Below are positions 1 to 12,790 of a stretch of 64,000 nt of DNA, piece by piece (position 1 is the first letter of the stretch; each line of letters opens with the position of its first letter). Under the pieces are notes generated by a model that had not been told where the DNA came from, did no database searches, and saw only the letters and a program-made list of their open reading frames with translations. The translations under genes were made by a program, and so were the position numbers. The stretch comes from Octopus bimaculoides (Eukaryota), in assembly GCF_001194135.2 (NCBI RefSeq), contig NC_069004.1, positions 32,624,553 through 32,688,552 of the forward strand, read 5' to 3'.

Positions 1-105
1 AAAACCCCCCCCCCCAGTTTCAGTTTCAATAAAAACCATATCCTCTATAGCAGGTATTGAGCATTCATTTCTCATTCATTAACTGTAAAACAACATGTGT
101 GTGTA

Positions 106-142
<37 letters not shown>

Positions 143-146
<4 letters not shown>

Positions 147-845
147 TCATCATCGTTTAACGTCCGCTTTCCATGCTAGCATGGGTTGGACGATTTGACT
201 GAGGACTGGTGAAACTAGATGGCTACACCAGGCTCCAATCTGATTTGGCAGAGTTTCTACAGCTGGATGCCCTTCCTAACGCCAACCACTCTGAGAGTGT
301 TGTGGGTGCTTTTACGTGTCATACATATATATATATATATGTCATCATTATTTTAAATGTCCACTTTTCTATACTTGTATGAGTGGGATAGAATTTGTTG
401 AGACAGATTTTCTATCACCGTATGCCCTTCCTATGACCAACCCTCACAGCACATAAGGAAAACATCCTACAGCACACACACACACACACACACACTCACC
501 ATACATCAATCAAGATAATACTTTCTCATGGCTGGACATGTTTTTACGGAAGATTGAAAACAAAGTACACCACTTGTGTGATGGTGATACTCTCATTTAC
601 AATTATCTCACAATATCAAGATCAGAAGACACTAACATATACAAACACACACTCTTTTATATATATATATATATTTATATATACACACACAACAGGTTTC
701 TTTTCAGTTTCCTTCTACCAAATCTACTCACAAGGTTTTTGTTGGTCTGGGGCTATAGTAGAAGACACTGTCCTAGGTGCCAAACAGTGGAACTGAACCC
801 AAAACCATGTGATTGGGAAGCAAGCTTTTGAACCTCACAACCATG
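143..845 (-). mobile_element. Family A fragments (tails 143-320 and 341-450; head 688-845)
   Basis: 143-310 is nearly identical to 10400-10570 and 58042-58210. Confidence 0.8.
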
Positions 846-1170
846 TATGAAACTGATTGTTATTTAGTTTAACATCAACTTCTTCACGTACTTGACTGTA
901 ATGATGATGATGGTGAGGAGGAGGAGGAGGAGAAGAAGTATGGCATTAATGATTAGGAGGAGAACGATGACAATGACATTGAGGAACATACAGTGACATT
1001 GATCATAATGATGCTGGTGATGGTGATGGCATTGATAATGATAGTGATGATGATGACATTGGTGGAGGTGGTGATGAGGATGTTGATGACAACATTGAAG
1101 ATTGAAGACATGACACTAAGAATGTCAACATTCACAAGAAACAAGGAGATTGGTATTTGCCTGGCTTCAG

Positions 1171-1309
1171 TCACTTCACAGAGAAGTTGGTATCTGAAGA
1201 TTTAAAAACAAAAAAAAGAAGAAAAGTTAACTCCTTGGTGGCTGGTATCGGTTCCATTCAATTCAGCCTACCGTTTGCTTCATCTTCTCCGATTTCTTGT
1301 TTAACTGTT
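1171..1309 (-). CDS. Candidate last two exons of a minus-strand gene (1309-1272 TVKQEIGEDEAN; 1193-1171 DTNFSVK*)
   Basis: Minus-strand acceptor tgtctgtctctttag, donor ACG|GTAGGC, and a 78-nt intron (1271-1194) ending in a long T-rich tract ...tttttaaatcttcag. Confidence 0.3.
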
Positions 1310-1437
1310 CTAAAGAGACAGACATCATAGAAATAATCTTGAATATATCAAAATGTAACAGTAACTCTGTTTAGATATATTTACATGCAGAGAAGCACAA
1401 TGGGTGTCTGTGTTATCAGCTGCTTATAGTCTGGTAT

Positions 1438-1790
1438 GTGAAGGTGCATGGCTCAGTGGTTAGAGTGCCAGGCTTACAATCGTGAGGTTGTGAGTTTGAT
1501 TCCCAGGCTGAGCTGTGTGTTGTGTTCTTGAGCAAGACACTTTATTTCACGTTGCTCCAGTTCACTCAGATGTAGAAATAATTTGCGACATCACTGATAC
1601 CAAGCAGTATCGGCATCTTGGATTTCTCTTGGATAACAACAGTGGCATGGAGAGGGAGGACTGGTATGCATGAGCAACTGCTGGTCTTCCGCAAACAACC
1701 TTGCCCTGACTTGTGCTTCAGAGAAGAACTTTCTCGGTGCAGTCCAATGATCATTTGTGACCAAAGGTGGTCTATAGCCTTTTTTATAGT
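1438..1790 (+). mobile_element. SINE family B (tRNA head, CORE-like block, family-specific tail)
   Basis: tggctcagtggttagag A-box, gagtttgattccc B-box, gtgttcttgagcaagacactttatttcacgttgctccag CORE-like block. Confidence 0.85.
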
Positions 1791-2299
1791 CTGGAATAAA
1801 ATAATGCATTTACTGTGAGATCCTGAACCTACCTGACCCTTTCCCCAATATTCCTCCACTCCCTCTCTTATCCTTCTCAACCTAGCTCTCTCACCATCTT
1901 AAAATATTTACATTAGGGCCCACTTCAGAGCTACATGTACTGCATTCACTCCATCTGTACTTGTCCCGGTCTGTTTCGTATTCACAATCATCATTCACTC
2001 TCACCATTTTATTCTCTTCTTGCTATGTGTCGCTTTCTTATGTCGCTCCTCTCAAGTGCAGGTGCTACAATAAAATGCATCCAGTGAACTCAGTTAAGTA
2101 TGGGGCCAAGAGACCCCTTTAATATTGTTGTAGGTATGAGAAATTCCCTTATGCTGGTGCCTCAAAAAAAAATACAACCAGTTCATTCTGTGGTGTGATT
2201 GGCCTCAAGAAGAACATCCAGCCATAGAAAACAAGCTGTGTGTGTGTGTGTGTATGTGCATGCGTGCCAACAAGCAGATAAGTTATTGATAGAAGTGCC

Positions 2300-2336
<37 letters not shown>

Positions 2337-3204
2337 CTGCTTGAATGACTTTCAAATAAGCGAGCTCAGACGTAAACAAACACAGACATATATGTATTCG
2401 CTCTCTCTCTCTCTCTGTCACACACACACACACACACACATGATTTTTCTCTTCAGTTTCTGTCTACCAATTTTCTTTTCCTGCACCAATCCATGTTCAA
2501 TCTTAGTGATTCTGTCATGACTTCATTCACAGGTACAGGTGAAACCTATTTGTCACCAAAACAGTCAGAATATGACTAAAACCTGTTTGTAGTTTGTTGT
2601 CTCTNNNNNNNNNNNNNNNNNNNNNNNNNNNNNNNNNNNNNNNNNNNNNNNNNNNNNNNNNNNNNNNNNNNNNNNNNNNNNNNNNNNNNNNNNNNNNNNN
2701 NNNNNNNNNNNNNNNNNNNNNNNNNNNNNNNNNNNNNNNNNNNNNNNNNNGGGGACTATATAAGTCATTGACAATTACTATTTATTTTTATGTACCTATT
2801 TATTGCTTTTATTTAATTTTGTTTTTTGCATCACAAATTTATTTTTAATTGGTTTTTTTAATGCCTCAATCATGTAGTATGTTAGCTCAATTAAGTTGGC
2901 TATCGGATTTCATGGGGATGGCTTCTGTAAATTATATATTCTCTAAACAATTGAAATACCAACCAACATATAAGTCTGTCATATTGACTCCTTGAATCTT
3001 CCATCACTACATTGATGATATACACAGGAATGTATGTGTCTTGCTGATGAAGTCAGAATAAGACTGAACCCCACCCCCCGAGTTATTTCCTGTACTTGTC
3101 AGAGAAACTGAAATAATATTAATTTCTAATATAGGAAGAAGGGTTCATATTTAGATGAAGCGAGTTTTGTCAATATAATCAACTCCAACACTTGTCATGT
3201 ATCT

Positions 3205-3630
3205 TATGGGTGTAAGCATTGCTGTGTGGTTGAGAACTTTACTTCCCAACCAAATAGTTTCAAATTCATTCCTACTGTATGGCAACTTAGGCACGTGTCT
3301 CCTACTATAGTCCCAGGCTGACCAAAGCTTTTTTGATGTATGGAAACTAAAAAAAGCCCATCGTGTGTGTGTGTGTGTGTGTGTGTGCATGTGTGTCCCC
3401 ACCTTGTTTTAACATAGTGTGATAGTAATAAATGTGTATTACTATCATGCAGAGAGTGTCATTCATTTCCAGTATTCTTGGAAATGAATATTTTTGGCCA
3501 TGGGGAAATATTACCTTACTTGGAAAAAGGCAATGGTTGGCAACAGGAAGGGTATCTGGCTGTAGAAAATATGCTTCAAATAAACTCCATCCAACTCATG
3601 CCAGCATGGAAAATTAGATGTTAAAATGAT
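3205..3630 (+). mobile_element. SINE family A, full length (tRNA-like head, CORE-like block, RTE-like tail with (GAT)n)
   Basis: Head tgctgtgtggttgagaac...; ggcaacttaggcacgtgtctcctactatag block; tail ttggcaacaggaagggtatctggctgtagaaa...gcatggaaaattagatgttaaaatgatgatg. Confidence 0.8.
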
Positions 3631-3961
3631 GATGACTCTGGAAGTATGAAAGGCCAGGTGGGCCACAGAGGGATTTCAGATCAGATCATAAAAGTCTGCT
3701 GCTAAATATCACAAAGCATTTTTGCCTGATGCACTAACGAGTCTTCTAATCCATTCCCATTAAAATGAAAATAATATTTTACCTTAACAAATATCAATTG
3801 TCTTTTTTACTCACATCATACATTTGCTTCCATTTAGTAGTGCTTTTGTGCATTAATTAACTACTAAACAATTAACTTAATGTGTTTTTCATGTGTTTAT
3901 GGCAACGGTAGCACGTCTGTTGTGAATATTTGTTTAAGGCATTTACATTTAGTAATCAACA

Positions 3962-4490
3962 AAAACTGAGAAAAATATTGCAGATACGCCTGCAGTTGTG
4001 AGTGGAAATTGTCGAATCACCATCCGTGAGTTATCAGAGGATGTGCAGATTAGTTACGGTTCAGTTCAGTCCATTATCACTGAAGATTTGGGTATCAGAC
4101 GCGTGTCTGCTAAGTTTGTGCCAAAACTGCTTTCAGCTAACCAAAAAGACGCTCGGGTTTCAGTTGCACAAGATTTCTTGGTTATGTCGAGAACAATGAA
4201 AACTTTTTGAAAACTCTGCATAGGCCTCTGAGAAGGTATTGCCAAGCTTTTGGCAAAATTTGATACAGATTCTCTGCTCAGCTTTCTCTGTCATGGTCAG
4301 TGCAACAACCACACACTACACACCTTCCTTCCAAGCACTGCTGTAAACAGTGGAAGTAAGCTAGAATATTAAAACTTAGTGAGTATGCACAGAGTTCATG
4401 GTTAATCTGTGCCAAGTGGCTTCACTCTGTGTCCTTTAGCTTTGTTACTATGGCAACAGTCTGGCTACTTATTGATCAGACCATGCATAG
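3962..4490 (+). mobile_element. Internally deleted mariner (Tc1/mariner) remnant
   Basis: 3965-4210 reads TEKNIADTPAVVSGNCRITIRELSEDVQISYGSVQSIITEDLGIRRVSAKFVPKLLSANQKDARVSVAQDFL: second HTH plus the (W/F)VP linker of mariner transposases. Catalytic domain absent. 3' end ...tacttattgatcagacc..ta resembles a mariner TIR. Confidence 0.85.
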
Positions 4491-4631
4491 CCCACTGTAT
4501 CTACCACACACAGATAGTACACATTCCACACAGCCAATGTGGAGATGTGTATTCTGCACATATCTCCATACCACATAAACTCATAAACACATAGAGGTGA
4601 AGACGTGTACACTCACACACAAACATAGGTA

Positions 4632-4685
<54 letters not shown>

Positions 4686-4872
4686 CACACACATACACAT
4701 ACACATATACGTTTGTGTGTTTGTGTGTGTGTGCATGTCTTCACCTCTGTGTGTGCTGTGTGTTTATGAGTTTATGTGGTATGGAGATACGTGCACAATA
4801 CACATCTCCACATTGGTTGTGTGGAATGTGTACTATCTGTGTGTGGTAGATACAGTGGGCTATACATGGTCT
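4478..4872. repeat. Long inverted repeat (~150-bp arms) around a (TA)n/(CA)n spacer
   Basis: 4478-4627 matches the reverse complement of 4712-4872 with few substitutions and one short indel. Confidence 0.9.
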
Positions 4873-5094
4873 ATATATATATAGATATAGTGGGCTATAC
4901 ATGTGTATGTATATGTATATACACACACACACATACACACCCACAGAATGCTGTCTGCAGCTGTGAATTGCTAACATTATTATTACAAACACGACTGTTG
5001 TTGCTATTATGCAACAGACATTACACTGTTACTCTGCAACAGACGGTGGTCTTGAAAAGGTTATCGTGATGAAATTTTTTGATTTTGTTTTTTG

Positions 5095-5660
5095 TTTAAC
5101 CCTAGGTCTCCATCTTCGCTTAACTGATCCATGATCAAACACACTACAGCCATGACCATCTTGCCTTAGTTCCAGGCAATACATCTGTAGCAATATTATT
5201 ATCCATTGTGTCCTGTCTTGGACATGTTGGATAACCTATTGTAGCAATATAGTAAGGTGTGTGATTTGAGGGACATTTGGCTGTTATTTCTAGCAGTCTG
5301 TGTGACCACTTAGTGGTCTCCCTGTTGGGTTTCTGGTTCCCTTAGTAACATGCAGAGTATATATTTGTGGTAGTAGTATTAGTCATTCCACTGTATTGTA
5401 CAACAGCTGTGGGCCTGAGCCAATAAGGTAGTCTATGTAGTTGTCAAACTGCTAGAAATAACAGCTAAATCTACCTCGGATCACATCCTACCATTCTGGA
5501 AGATATAAAAAAAGAGACACACAGGTTGATGTAGTCCAAGGTACACTTTCTCAACTATGAAAGAAAAAAGAATGAGATGGTTTATGTAGGAATGCTTTAA
5601 TGTTTTCAATCATAGGACTTTTAGTCAGCACTAACCTGGGGTTAAACATAGAAAACAACA
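5095..5660. mobile_element. Two family F repeats head-to-head (5095-5330 minus, 5440-5660 plus)
   Basis: Hallmark ctgctagaaatagcagccaaat and tail ctgacctggggttaaacaac. Confidence 0.7.
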
Positions 5661-5904
5661 TCCGTTGAACTTGGAAAGGTTATCTTAATCATTTCAAAAT
5701 GTGTGTGTGTGGTGGTGGTGGTGGTGGTGGTGGGTCATTGCTGAACAGGTAAGAATATTAAAGAACTCCCTCAACCCAGAGAACATCTTAAATTCCAGGG
5801 CAGAAGTCTCCAGACCCTACTTACACTTCAGGAGAATCCTACTGAAGTCCTGGAACCCACAAGCTGATCATTACAGATAGTGGTCTGAGGGAGACAATCC
5901 CTTG

Positions 5905-5964
5905 CACTTCACCCTTCTCTTTTGTCACCCCAAATTTCAGGCCTTGTGCCTTTAGTAGAAAGGG

Positions 5965-6007
<43 letters not shown>

Positions 6008-6470
6008 GGTGGTGAGCTCACAGAATCATTAGCATGCCACCTTAATTTGAACCCAAGATATAAAAACATATGAAATGCTGTGAAGTGGCATTTCTTACAT
6101 CTTTACATTCTGGGTTCAAATTCTCCAAGGTTGACTTTATCTTTCATCCTTTCATGGTCAATTAAACAAGCTGAGCACTGGGGTTGATGTATTTGACTTA
6201 CTTCCTCCCCACAAAATTTAAGGCCTTGTACCTACAACAGAAAGGATCATTGTTATTTTTTAAATTCTTATTAAGGTGGTGAGCTGGCAGAATTGTTAGC
6301 ACATCAGATGAAATGCTTAGTGGCATTTCCTCTGACTGTTTATAGTCTAAGTTCAAATTCCATTCAAACCAACTTTGCCTTTCATCCTTTTGGGGGTCAA
6401 TGCAATGAGGACCAGTTGAGCATTGGGGTTCATGTAATCAACTAAAAAAAATTCCCTAAAAATTGTAGCA
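5905..6470 (+). mobile_element. Tandem SINE family C copies
   Basis: aaggtggtgagctggcagaa head, gactttgcctttcatccttt block, agaaaggattatt tail; units joined by (ATT)n. Confidence 0.8.
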
Positions 6471-6774
6471 CTGATTTACAGAAAGCGGTTGACAGATTTC
6501 TCTCAAACTATTCCCTGCCATACTACAAAAAAGAACACTTGAGATGTTGTACACTTAGATACACTGTGCCTGAGGGGGTCGAAATAGAAATGGACAACTT
6601 GGTTATGGCTGAAGCATCTTTGATCCTAGCTCTGCTCAATCAAGCCTGACCCTGTGTTAAACGACGACAATGTAATATGTCTGTGCAGTTTTTCATGTGC
6701 CAGTTACATTTTAAAGACATTAATTACGCTAATTGCTTTGCCGGCCACTCTGATTGCTCTGTGGAAGCAACTAC

Positions 6775-7086
6775 TGATCATCAGAATAACATCTTAAACA
6801 GTTCCGGGCCATTTCAATATTGACTTGATGTCGAATGAAGAAACTCATTGAAGTTCTTCTAAATAATTTCTTGTACATGCACTTATAATCTTCCATACAT
6901 ACAAACACATATATACTTGCATGTATACACACACACACACACATACACACACAAATGGCTTTCTTTGACTCTTCCGAGCAGCTTTAGCAGATAAATCAAG
7001 TGTCTGCCTGTTCCTATTAATTCTTACCAAAGAGCTCCTTGTACCCACTCCAATTAGGTAGATGTTTCGTTAGATTCCATTTAGTT
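6775..7086 (-). CDS. Candidate minus-strand exons (7086-7028 TKWNLTKHLPNWSGYKELF; 6889-6775 DYKCMYKKLFRRTSMSFFIRHQVNIEMARNCLRCYSDD)
   Basis: First piece: ttccag acceptor and TTG|GTAAGA donor. Second piece has weak splice sites. Phases chain correctly to the 1309 exon. Could instead be a decayed TE ORF. Confidence 0.22.
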
Positions 7087-7379
7087 CTGGAATTCAAAGA
7101 CTTGAGATTCTAAGCTAGCAGTGATCGTGGTGGTGGTGGTGGTGGTGGTGGTGTTGGTGAAATTCCACAAACATTTTTTTTCAGAATATTCCTGAACTAA
7201 TACAAGTCAATCAATGATGATAATTTCCTTGTTTAGACATTAAAGGACATAAGATAGTCTTGTTTCATTTTTATTTTATTTCATTTTATTGACTTTCACA
7301 AGAGCGAAAGGCAAAGTTGACTCCAGCACGATAATAATAATAATAATGATGATAATAATAATAATAATGGTTTCAAATT

Positions 7380-7950
7380 GCCCTGATGCAGTACCAAGCA
7401 ATGGCTCTCATGGCTTTTGATCTTAACTGATTGGAAATGTCATTATGTATATTGTTTTGTTTTGGAATAAAAGATGGGCTACAGCAAATATTCTGTTCAA
7501 TACCACAGATTTGCTTGTCAGTTGTTTGACCTTAACCAGTTGAGCATGTCCCTTAGTGGCTGACGATATGTGTATCTCTGATCATGAGCAAAAGTAGTGG
7601 GGAAACATCATAACCATGTGTTGAGAGGAATTCTTTGGGGTTTGAATAATTCACCTCTGGAAACATGGGTGTTTTGTTCAACATCCTTAAAACAAACCTT
7701 ATTCAGGGACCTTTTTGAGTGGGATGGGCTACTCGACCTGAAGAAAATTCTAACTGGGCCCCACCTGCAAGGTCATGCTCTGTTTATCTTGGTATGAGAT
7801 CAACAGGTCTGGCACTTATGGTTGTGATGCATGTGCCTGGTGTACCCTTATTAGACGGGTAGTCATGATGGGTATGTTGGGCTTCGTATATTTGTACCCT
7901 AGTGTCACTTTGATGACATGCACTGCTCTCTCACTCAGTAATAATAATGG
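7380..7950 (+). mobile_element. Interspersed repeat family G (~560 bp, (AAT)n tail)
   Basis: A near full-length inverted copy lies at 39550-40110. Confidence 0.75.
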
Positions 7951-9218
7951 TTTCAAATTTTGGCACAAGGCCAGTAATTTCACCAATTTTCTCAGAAAGA
8001 GGAACTGAGCCATTTCATACATAGATATCAATGACATTAGTGGCAGAATGAAAGATGTCTGGGTGGTGGTGGTGTTTGGGGCAGTGTGACATTCTAAAAC
8101 TTTTCCAGTGCTCCAGCATGGCAGCTGTCCAACAACTGCAACCAATAAAAAAAATGTAGAAAGAACGAAAAAAGAAAAGCAATCAAAAGAACTAAACAAA
8201 CCAGTAAAAGTCATAGCATAATGGTGGTGAAGGAAGAGGAAGTTCTGGTGGTGATAGTGACAGCTGTAGTGGTGGTGGTGGTGGTGGTGGTGACAGTGGT
8301 GGTGGTGGTTGTAGACATGATGGTGGTGGTTGTAGACATGGTGGTGGTGGTGGTTGTGGCTGTAGAGGTGACAACAGCAACAACGGTGGCAGTGGTGGTT
8401 GCAGTAGCGGTGGCAGCAGTGGCTGTGGTGGTGGTGGTGGTGGTGATTATTGAAATAAATTCTAAATGACATATCAAGTGCACGATTTGTCATATTATGT
8501 TATACCTGGTGGTAATGGAGACGAAGGGAGGGGGTAGTTGAAGAAAGCCAAAGAAAGTTGTATGACATTGAGAACACTCACNNNNNNNNNNNNNNNNNNN
8601 NNNNNNNNNNNNNNNNNNNNNNNNNNNNNNNNNNNNNNNNNNNNNNNNNNNNNNNNNNNNNNNNNNNNNNNNNNNNNNNNNNNNNNNNNNNNNNNNNNNN
8701 NNACCTAACATCAAGAATACAACTGATCCTCATCCCTGCCCCACTACCACGAAAAAAAAAAAAGAAAGAAATATGCTTTTGTACATGTATGTGTGCAGTG
8801 TGTGTGTGTGTATATATATGTGTGTGTATATATGTTGGGAAATGAACTGAGAGGTGGGAAGAGTAAAGGAAGAGAAAAGGGAGCAAATCGATTTGTTCAT
8901 GAGGCTAAACTTCACTGGAAGTTTCATTCAAATCCATCCTGTGGTTCTTGAGATATTTTGTCCACGGATTAATAAACAAACAAACAAACAAACAAACATG
9001 ACTGAAAACAATCCCTCTGCCTTCACCAAGGCAGAGGTAATAATAATTTTGTGATCAAATATTACAATGCAATCGAAAAACACTACTACTACAAGAGCCC
9101 TTTTTTGGGGAAAAGTTAACAAGAGAGGAATTAAAGAAAAACAGCAAAGTTTTACATCCTCTATGTTTGAAAAACTGGATTTTCAAACTTAGAAGATGTC
9201 AAAATTTGCTGTCTTTCT

Positions 9219-9423
9219 TTAACCCTTTAACTGTGTAAATATATTTGAGAGTTGTTCCAGTAATGATATTAAATATCTACTAAAAAATAAAATTGGTATT
9301 TTCTGCATGTCACATTGCCTCAATAAATTTAACATATCTCAACAGAAAATAGTTTCAAACATGAAAATCCTCAGGAAAAGATAAGATTGGTATATAAAAC
9401 GGCTTTCTGCAGTTAAGGGTAAT
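9219..9423. mobile_element. TTAA-CCCT (piggyBac-type) MITE
   Basis: Termini ttaaccctttaactg ... cagttaagggtaa with an AT-rich interior. Confidence 0.55.
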
Positions 9424-9959
9424 GAAAATTTTCAGTGGATACCTCTGATTTCTGTTATAAAAGGGTTAATTTCTCTTTTGTCAACAGTTTCCAGAAGAGA
9501 GTCTCTGCCCTAAACATTGATTTTCCATTCCTGGAAACAATTTCCCTGTATTCTTTCTGCTGATTTTTCTGTATGCATACATACATTCACATTTTATGTG
9601 ATTAAATTGTTGTGTTTCCTATCATACTGGTTTCAAATTTTGGCACAAGGCCTGCGGGTTTGGGGAGGGGCTAAGTCGATTGAACCATCCCCAGTGCTCA
9701 ATTGGTATTTTATCAATCCCAAAAGGATGAAAGGCAAAGTCAACCTTGACAGAATTTGAACTCAGAACAAGATGGGTGAAATGCTACTATGCCTTTTTCC
9801 TGGTATGCTAATGATTCTGTCAGCTTGTCACCATAGTGTTTCCTGTCATATGATTAGCCCTAAAATACCTACCATTTTAAAATGTTTCCTTGCAATGTCC
9901 CCCATCAATCACATTTGCCGCAATGAAATTAATTAATATTATTACTATTGTTCTTTCAG

Positions 9960-10099
9960 GTTTCGGAGTCAATCCTTCGACAGTGGACCACCGACCGCAT
10001 CTTCACCGGATCCGGCCGATGAACCCCTCTCCAATGATGAGAAACGACAAACAACAGACCTTAAACGTAAGAAGAGTTTTCAAAACTCCTCAATCCCAG
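9960..10099 (+). CDS. Internal coding exon of an unidentified gene: (x)FRSQSFDSGPPTASSPDPADEPLSNDEKRQTTDLKRKKSFQNSSIP(G)
   Basis: Unique, CpG-containing island between repeats. Acceptor ttctttcag|G at 9959/9960; donor CAG|GTCAGT at 10099/10100; alternative donor AAC|GTAAGA at 10066/10067 in the same phase. The open frame has basophilic phospho-motifs. Phase 2 in, phase 1 out. Confidence 0.6.
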
Positions 10100-10320
10100 G
10101 TCAGTGGAAGGGAAACAGTCCCACAACTTCCTTCTTCTCTTTCTTTTATTACTGGTCGCTGTTTGTATTTTTGTTTTTTTTTTCATTTTGGGGACCAGGA
10201 CAGTTCATATGACACACAAGGGAAAAAAAAAAGAATATAACAAACTAAAACTATATATATATATATACACACACACATATATATATACACACACACACAT
10301 ATATATATATACACACACAC

Positions 10321-10351
<31 letters not shown>

Positions 10352-10399
10352 TATATATACACACACACATTTATATATACACACACACATATATATATA

Positions 10400-10700
10400 T
10401 CATCATCGTCGTTTAACGTCCGCTTTCCATGCTAGCATGGGTTGGACGGTTTAACTGAGGACTGGTGAAACCGGATGGCTACACCAGGCTCCAATCTGAT
10501 TTGGCAGAGTTTCTACAGCTGAATGCCCTTCCTGACGCCAACCACTCAGAGAGTGTAGTGGATGCTTTTACGTGCCACCGGCACAAAGGCCAGTCAGGTG
10601 GTACTGGCAACGGCCACACTCAAAATGGTGTATTTTACGTACCACCTGCACACGAGCCAGTTCGGCGGCACTGGCAACGATCTCGCTCGAATGTCTTTAC
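10400..10700 (-). mobile_element. Young family A RTE-like tail copy between TA/CA microsatellites
   Basis: catcatcgtcgtttaacgtccgctttccatgctagcatgggttggacgg... Confidence 0.85.
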
Positions 10701-10701
10701 A

Positions 10702-10707
<6 letters not shown>

Positions 10708-10795
<88 letters not shown>
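10708..10795. repeat. (TA)n microsatellite (representative of dozens)
   Basis: Direct read. Other long tracts: (CA)n 45809-45906, (TA)n 57961-58040, (ATT)n 26268-26322, (TCTA)n 24104-24150, (GA)n 57265-57313, (TAG)n 57428-57462. Confidence 0.98.
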
Positions 10796-10798
<3 letters not shown>

Positions 10799-11475
10799 CA
10801 CACATGTGTGCATATACATGCTTATATGTATGTATGAATATATGTATATGTGTGTATATATGATATATGTATGTGCATGTATATGTGTATGAGTGTCCTC
10901 AGTCAAACCATCCAACCCCTGCCAGCATGGAAAGCGAACAAATGAAAACGACGATATTGATGATGATGGTGATGGTGATACATATATATATGTGTGTACA
11001 TGTATAAAGAAAGTGTGAGAAAGATTTATATTTATATAATTTACATGTACCTACGTTGTGTATATTTGCATAATTGTGTTTCATTGTTTACTTCATATTT
11101 GTACTTATTTGTTTGGCATTTACATTACATTTTGTGTGTCAGTATGTGTGTGTATATATATATAATATATTTCATGCACAAGACTGCATCCATGGAAGGT
11201 GTGAAATAAATATTAAATATTAGAAAGCCTTTAGGTGTGATAGTTAATGTAGACATGTTCCATTTAGGCTTTTGAATAGAGATGGAATGGATTTACAGTT
11301 ATATAATTTACTATCACAGCTAAAGGCTTCTTAATATTTAATGCATATATACATACAATATACACATATATATATATATACACACACAGACATACATACA
11401 ATATATATACAAATATATATAGAGAGATATATGTGTATGTATGTGTGTATATATGTATATGTATAAATATATGTG

Positions 11476-11523
<48 letters not shown>

Positions 11524-12790
11524 TCTGTGTGTGTGTTTGTGTGTGTGTGTTTGTCTGTATGTGTGGTGTGTGTATATATGTATATATACACATGCATATA
11601 TTTATACATATATGTATAAATGAATGTGTGTGTGTGTGTCGATCTTGGAATCTTCAACTCGGTATGTTTGGAATGAATAAAAGAAAATATTGGTAGAATT
11701 GACAAATTTCTTCTCACAGAGAGATATTGATGTTTTAACTTTTCAAACACAGACAAACATTCCTCTAATACCGATAGACATTTGTGACTGAGTATGGTAC
11801 ACTTGTATATGTGTGTGTGTGTGTGTGTGCATCTTTATATCCATACTCATGCTTGTGTGTATGCATGTACAAAAATATTGCACAAGATGTATTGAAAATC
11901 GTTTTTCTCATCTGTTAAATCAAAACTGTTTGTGTGTGTGCGTGCGTGTGTATTTATATATGTATATATACACACATACACACACAAACATCTTAACGGA
12001 ATATCCTGACACTCTCATCTAGAACTAGACACCTGTTCTTGCCCCCTCTATCATACTTAAGCCCTGTCTTGGGCAACCTTTCCTGAGATGCTGGCTGCAT
12101 GAGATGTTGTGAGGCTGGCCATGTTATTAAAAAAATTGAAGGTAGATTTTCAATAGGCATCCCATTCAGGTCCTGGTTATGACATTAAACTGCATCCATT
12201 GGTGAGGTTCCAGCTCAGGAATTCTGGAAACGTGGGGAGCATGGAACCACCTCTTAATTACCATAATTCCCACGTTTGTTCTGACTCAGAATGATGCTAT
12301 CAAGTCACACACACACACATATATATATATATATGAATAGTGATCAGTAATTTTATGAAACCGGTATGCCTTTGAATCTCTTTTACAATTCACAATAATG
12401 ACTTATTACTTTTATCCTTACCTCAGTTCATCAGACACAACAGTATATATATATATATATATATATGTGTGTAGGAAAATGAAAAATAATAATAAGGCAG
12501 AATGCTAAACTGGAAGCATATTTTAATAAAGATTTCTAACCGGCTTTCATTGTATAGCAAATTTTCAAGAAGAGGGAGAATGAAAATGTTTTTTACAAAG
12601 AAGTACAAAATGAAGAAAATAATATATAAAAAAAATAATATATTAAAAAAAAATATACCAATACATTATATTGTCTTTGAGCTTTTGAAGTTCAATGGTA
12701 ATCCATGTATATAATGGTTGGAAAAATAAGGATGCATGAGAATTGAGAGTTGTGTTAGGTTTAAAAAAAGGGCTAAAAGTTTTTGTTAAG

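Noticed and set aside
7816-8493. Long His-, Thr-, Val-, Pro- or IY/CV-rich ORFs (also 20344-21303, 30299-31105, 21346-21989 and many others)
   Set aside because: They are translations of tri- and dinucleotide microsatellites, open in several frames on both strands, with no domain content.
12030-12305. Possible old SINE remnant (ggttatgacattaaactgcatccattggtgagg...)
   Set aside because: Only one copy in the window and only a vague recollection of similar elements; not enough to call.
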